Origin: an uncultured Halobellus sp. | Lineage (GTDB): Archaea > Halobacteriota > Halobacteria > Halobacteriales > Haloferacaceae | NCBI GenBank assembly: GCA_964504395.1 | Contig: CAZDEJ010000001.1 | Coordinates: forward strand, 1 to 49,014 | Reading direction: 5' to 3' | DNA: 49,014 bases | Shown here: in pieces, positions 46,461 through 49,014 of the stretch | Numbering within the stretch: the stretch's first letter is position 1 | Layout of the letters: every line of letters starts with the position of its first letter | Position numbers and translations under genes: made by a program | The notes under the pieces: model-generated | The model's input: only the letters and a program-made list of their open reading frames with translations | The model's database searches: none | What the model was told of the DNA's origin: nothing

Positions 46461-47810
46461 ATGAGTGAGGCGTTTGCGACTGATCACGCGGTGGCGGAGG
46501 ATCCGGTGTCGAGCGTCCGGGTCGGCGTCCTGAGCTTTCACAACAGCAAGGAGACGAAGGCGATCTGCAACGCCGTCCGGGCGCTCGGACACCAGCCGGT
46601 CTGGCTCCGCGAGGAGAATACGCGGACCTGGATGGCGGACGGGACGCTCCACTTCGACCCGGACGTGGACGTCGTGGCGAACCGGCTGCTGGTCACGAAA
46701 GCCCCGCAACCGCTTGACGACCTCGGGGTTGCGACGAGCTACGCCGCCGCACGCCCCGTCCTGAACCGTCCGGAGAACGTCATGCGGGCGACCAACAAGT
46801 ACAGCGCGGCCGCAACCCTCGTGGCCGCGGGGCTCCCGGTTCCGGACGCGTACATGGCGCTGGCACACTCGACCATCAACGACGGCGACCACCCGGTCGA
46901 CGGCCGGACCGTCCACAAACCCACGGTCGGAACGAACGGTAACCGCATGGAGCTCGTCGAGGCGACCGACGCCGTCGCGCCCCGTATCGCCCGCCGTCGG
47001 GCGTTCCTCCAACAGTTCCTCGGCACCGAGTCCGGACGGCCGTTCGACGTCCGCGTCTACGTCGTTGGGGGGCGCGTCGTCGGGGCGATGAGACGGTACG
47101 CGCCGGCGGACGAGTGGCGGACCAACGTCGCGCTGGGCGGGGACGTCGAAGGGATCTCCGATACCCTGCCCGAGAACGCCGCCCGCCTCGCAACGGAGGC
47201 GACGGCCGTGCTCGATCTCGACTACGCCGGCGTCGATCTGTTGTGTCGGGACGACAAGTGGTACGTGCTCGAAGTGAACTCGACGGCCGGGTTCAAAGGC
47301 TTCTTCGAGGCGACCGGAGTGAGCCCCGCCCCGCACATCGCACGACTCGCGATCGAGCGAGCCGACGGGCGCGTCGACGCCGGGCGGGTCGCGGAGGTGG
47401 CGGCGGAGCTCGACGATTCCGTGCCGGACTGCAAGCCGTCGATCGAGCCGATGCCGGAGGCATCGGAGACGGTCGGCTACACCGAACGCGTGGCGGTGAG
47501 CGGCGGCCAGGCGATCGAGCACGCAGTCGCCAAGTCGGACACCGGAGCGCGGCGAACCAGCATCGACGTCGAACTCGCGGCGGCCGTCGGCGCCGGCCCG
47601 GTCGTCGACACAGCGTGTGTGAAGTCGGGCGCCAAAGCCGGGCGTCGGAAGCGCCCGCTGGTCGAACTCGAAGTCAGACTCGGCGACCGGTGGCATTCCA
47701 CAACGGCCAGCATCGAGGACAGGGAGCACATGGGGTACCCCGTGCTCCTGGGTCGGGACGTCCTACGGGGATATCGCGTCGACGTCCGACGGCGGGTAGC
47801 CGAGGAATAA
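46461..47810 (+). CDS. RimK/LysX family ATP-grasp ligase with C-terminal retropepsin-like domain
   Basis: DVRVYVVG, WRTNVALGG, AGVDL and EVNSTAGF motifs; then KSDTGARRTSID...DREHMGYPVLLGRD. Confidence 0.9.
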   Translation: MSEAFATDHAVAEDPVSSVRVGVLSFHNSKETKAICNAVRALGHQPVWLREENTRTWMADGTLHFDPDVDVVANRLLVTKAPQPLDDLGVATSYAAARPVLNRPENVMRATNKYSAAATLVAAGLPVPDAYMALAHSTINDGDHPVDGRTVHKPTVGTNGNRMELVEATDAVAPRIARRRAFLQQFLGTESGRPFDVRVYVVGGRVVGAMRRYAPADEWRTNVALGGDVEGISDTLPENAARLATEATAVLDLDYAGVDLLCRDDKWYVLEVNSTAGFKGFFEATGVSPAPHIARLAIERADGRVDAGRVAEVAAELDDSVPDCKPSIEPMPEASETVGYTERVAVSGGQAIEHAVAKSDTGARRTSIDVELAAAVGAGPVVDTACVKSGAKAGRRKRPLVELEVRLGDRWHSTTASIEDREHMGYPVLLGRDVLRGYRVDVRRRVAEE

Positions 47811-47842
47811 TAGCAGTATCCCTGGGCCGACGTGCGACTGGT

Positions 47843-48178
47843 ATGTCACGCGGAAGCGGCCCCACTGGGTCCACCGCTCGGGTGGTCTCGATCGGGGTGG
47901 CGTTTCTCGCAGGAGTGCTCGCCGGCGGCGTGGTCGTGACGGCCGTTCCGGGGCTCGTCGGCGGACCGGTCGACTCCGGGCCGGACCCTCGAAATCCCCC
48001 GTTTACGACCGCCAGTGGCGGCCCGGACTGCGTCGACGGCCAGTCGACCCCGGACGCCGGCTGGGTCCACAGGGTCACCGTCGGCGACGCTGACGTCGTG
48101 ACGCTCAACGCGACGGTCGTCCACGACGCCGGGACCGAAGTGCGGGAGGAGGTCAATGCTTCGAATCAGGAGTTGTGA
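47843..48178 (+). pseudogene. Membrane-anchored hypothetical protein, probably 3'-truncated
   Basis: N-terminal TM helix and extracellular-type sequence (GWVHRV...LNATVVH). GC3-rich codons end near 48154, followed by AT-richer codons and a TGA. Confidence 0.5.
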
Positions 48179-48501
48179 AGCGGGAGTCCGACTCCGGACG
48201 AATCGCTCTATCGGAATTTGCCGTTACCCGTAGTTATCTGTATTTTTGACATTCGAGTACGGAGTGCTACCAATGCACCGTTTACGACTGGTGCGGGAGG
48301 CGGATCTGCCGCAGGAGATCACCGTCACTCGCCCGGCCGACAAGCCAGTGCTCGATATCGTAACCGACGGCTCGGGGGTGGCCACAAGGGTCGTCATCGG
48401 GTTCCGACAGCCGCCGATGGCGGGACTACCCCGCTGCCCGGCAGTAGCCGGCTGGTGCCCTGCTGATCGGGACAGCTGGTTAACTGACACAGCGAGCCGG
48501 A

Positions 48502-48566
48502 CTACTCACCTACCTGACTCAGCTGCCTGGGTCAGCTAAGTAACTCAGCTGATCAACTCAGCTAAC
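48502..48566. repeat. Five tandem 13-bp imperfect repeats upstream of parA
   Basis: TCACCT at 48506 and TCAGCT at 48519, 48532, 48545 and 48558: an exact 13-bp phase. Consensus about YRACTCAGCTRMN. Confidence 0.8.
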
Positions 48567-48592
48567 TAAGCCATCTATATCGTCTGACTGAG

Positions 48593-48600
48593 TTTTATAT
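48593..48600 (+). promoter_or_regulatory. TATA box of parA (leaderless)
   Basis: TTTTATAT 24-31 nt upstream of ATG 48624. Confidence 0.75.
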
Positions 48601-48623
48601 TCGAGGCACGCAACTGAGCCAGT

Positions 48624-49014
48624 ATGCTGGCCTACACAGTGTACTCGGAAGCGGGGGGTGTTGGCAAGACGACGCTCGCGGCTAACCTCGCGAAGGCCGA
48701 AGTGCGAGCCGACCGCGACGTCTTGGTCGTCGATCTGGACACGCAAGAGGCGTCGCTGTCGTATCTGCTTGACGTGGCGGACGGCCGGAGCGACGAGACC
48801 GCAGACAGTCTGCTTCGACACATGATCGACCGGCCCCGAGCCGACTTCCGGGGACTGCTCGAATCGAGCGAGGGAATCGACGTGGTTCCGTCGCACAACA
48901 TCCTCGAGTACGCCGCAAAGCACCTGCGGCGTCGCGAGGAGGAGGCAGCCGACTTCGGTGAGTCGTGGAACCCGAACAAGCAGTTGCTACGCGTGCTGCG
49001 GGAGGCCGGGGTTC
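48624..49014 (+). CDS. parA: ParA family ATPase (partial; runs off the window; absent from the ORF track)
   Basis: MLAYTVYSEAGGVGKTTLAANLA...VLVVDLDTQEASLS...IDVVPSHN: deviant Walker A and A' motifs. Confidence 0.92.
   Translation, partial: MLAYTVYSEAGGVGKTTLAANLAKAEVRADRDVLVVDLDTQEASLSYLLDVADGRSDETADSLLRHMIDRPRADFRGLLESSEGIDVVPSHNILEYAAKHLRRREEEAADFGESWNPNKQLLRVLREAGV

Noticed and set aside
48502..48566. Repeat array considered as a CRISPR
   Set aside because: 13-bp contiguous degenerate units with no spacers and no cas genes.
48218..48979. Short ORFs listed around and antisense to parA
   Set aside because: Atypical composition; the region is better explained as a non-coding repeat/promoter zone plus the parA frame from 48624.
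1..49014. tRNA, rRNA, integrase or transposase genes; NarO-type CGAA-N4-TTCG boxes in promoters
   Set aside because: None recognised by eye; tRNAscan-SE, Rfam, ISfinder and a motif scan are needed to exclude them.

Overview
GC-rich haloarchaeal (Halobacteria-type) accessory region, with acidic proteins and mostly leaderless genes that have TATA-like boxes about 25-30 nt upstream of the start. Left arm (1-5.5 kb): membrane proteins, including three CPBP/Abi intramembrane proteases (two disrupted), a stand-alone sensor domain and DUF5518. Main part (about 6-48 kb): a stress/low-oxygen-type island. It holds five USP genes (one fused to DUF2267), two CBS-only proteins, an M50+CBS protease, Hsp20, a phosphoribosyltransferase next to RtcB, a type II P-type ATPase, a PNPOx-like protein, ADP-forming acetate-CoA ligase, a RimK-protease fusion and many ion transporters. 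It also carries a divergent rdfA/Sph3-type SMC pair and three regulators (two HTH-10, one Cys-rich DmsR/NarO-like; one ArsR-type wHTH). The gene set closely parallels the mycobacterial DosR dormancy regulon. At least eight promoters share a palindrome, TTCYCR-N5-YGRGAA, at a nearly fixed distance upstream of the TATA position, suggesting an activator-controlled regulon. A second motif (TTTAC-N8-GTGTAAAGCTA) flanks the SMC gene and recurs at 25.3 kb. The right end has an apparent junction near 48.15 kb, then a 13-bp tandem repeat array ahead of a ParA gene that runs off the window. All family calls come from motif recognition, not database searches.
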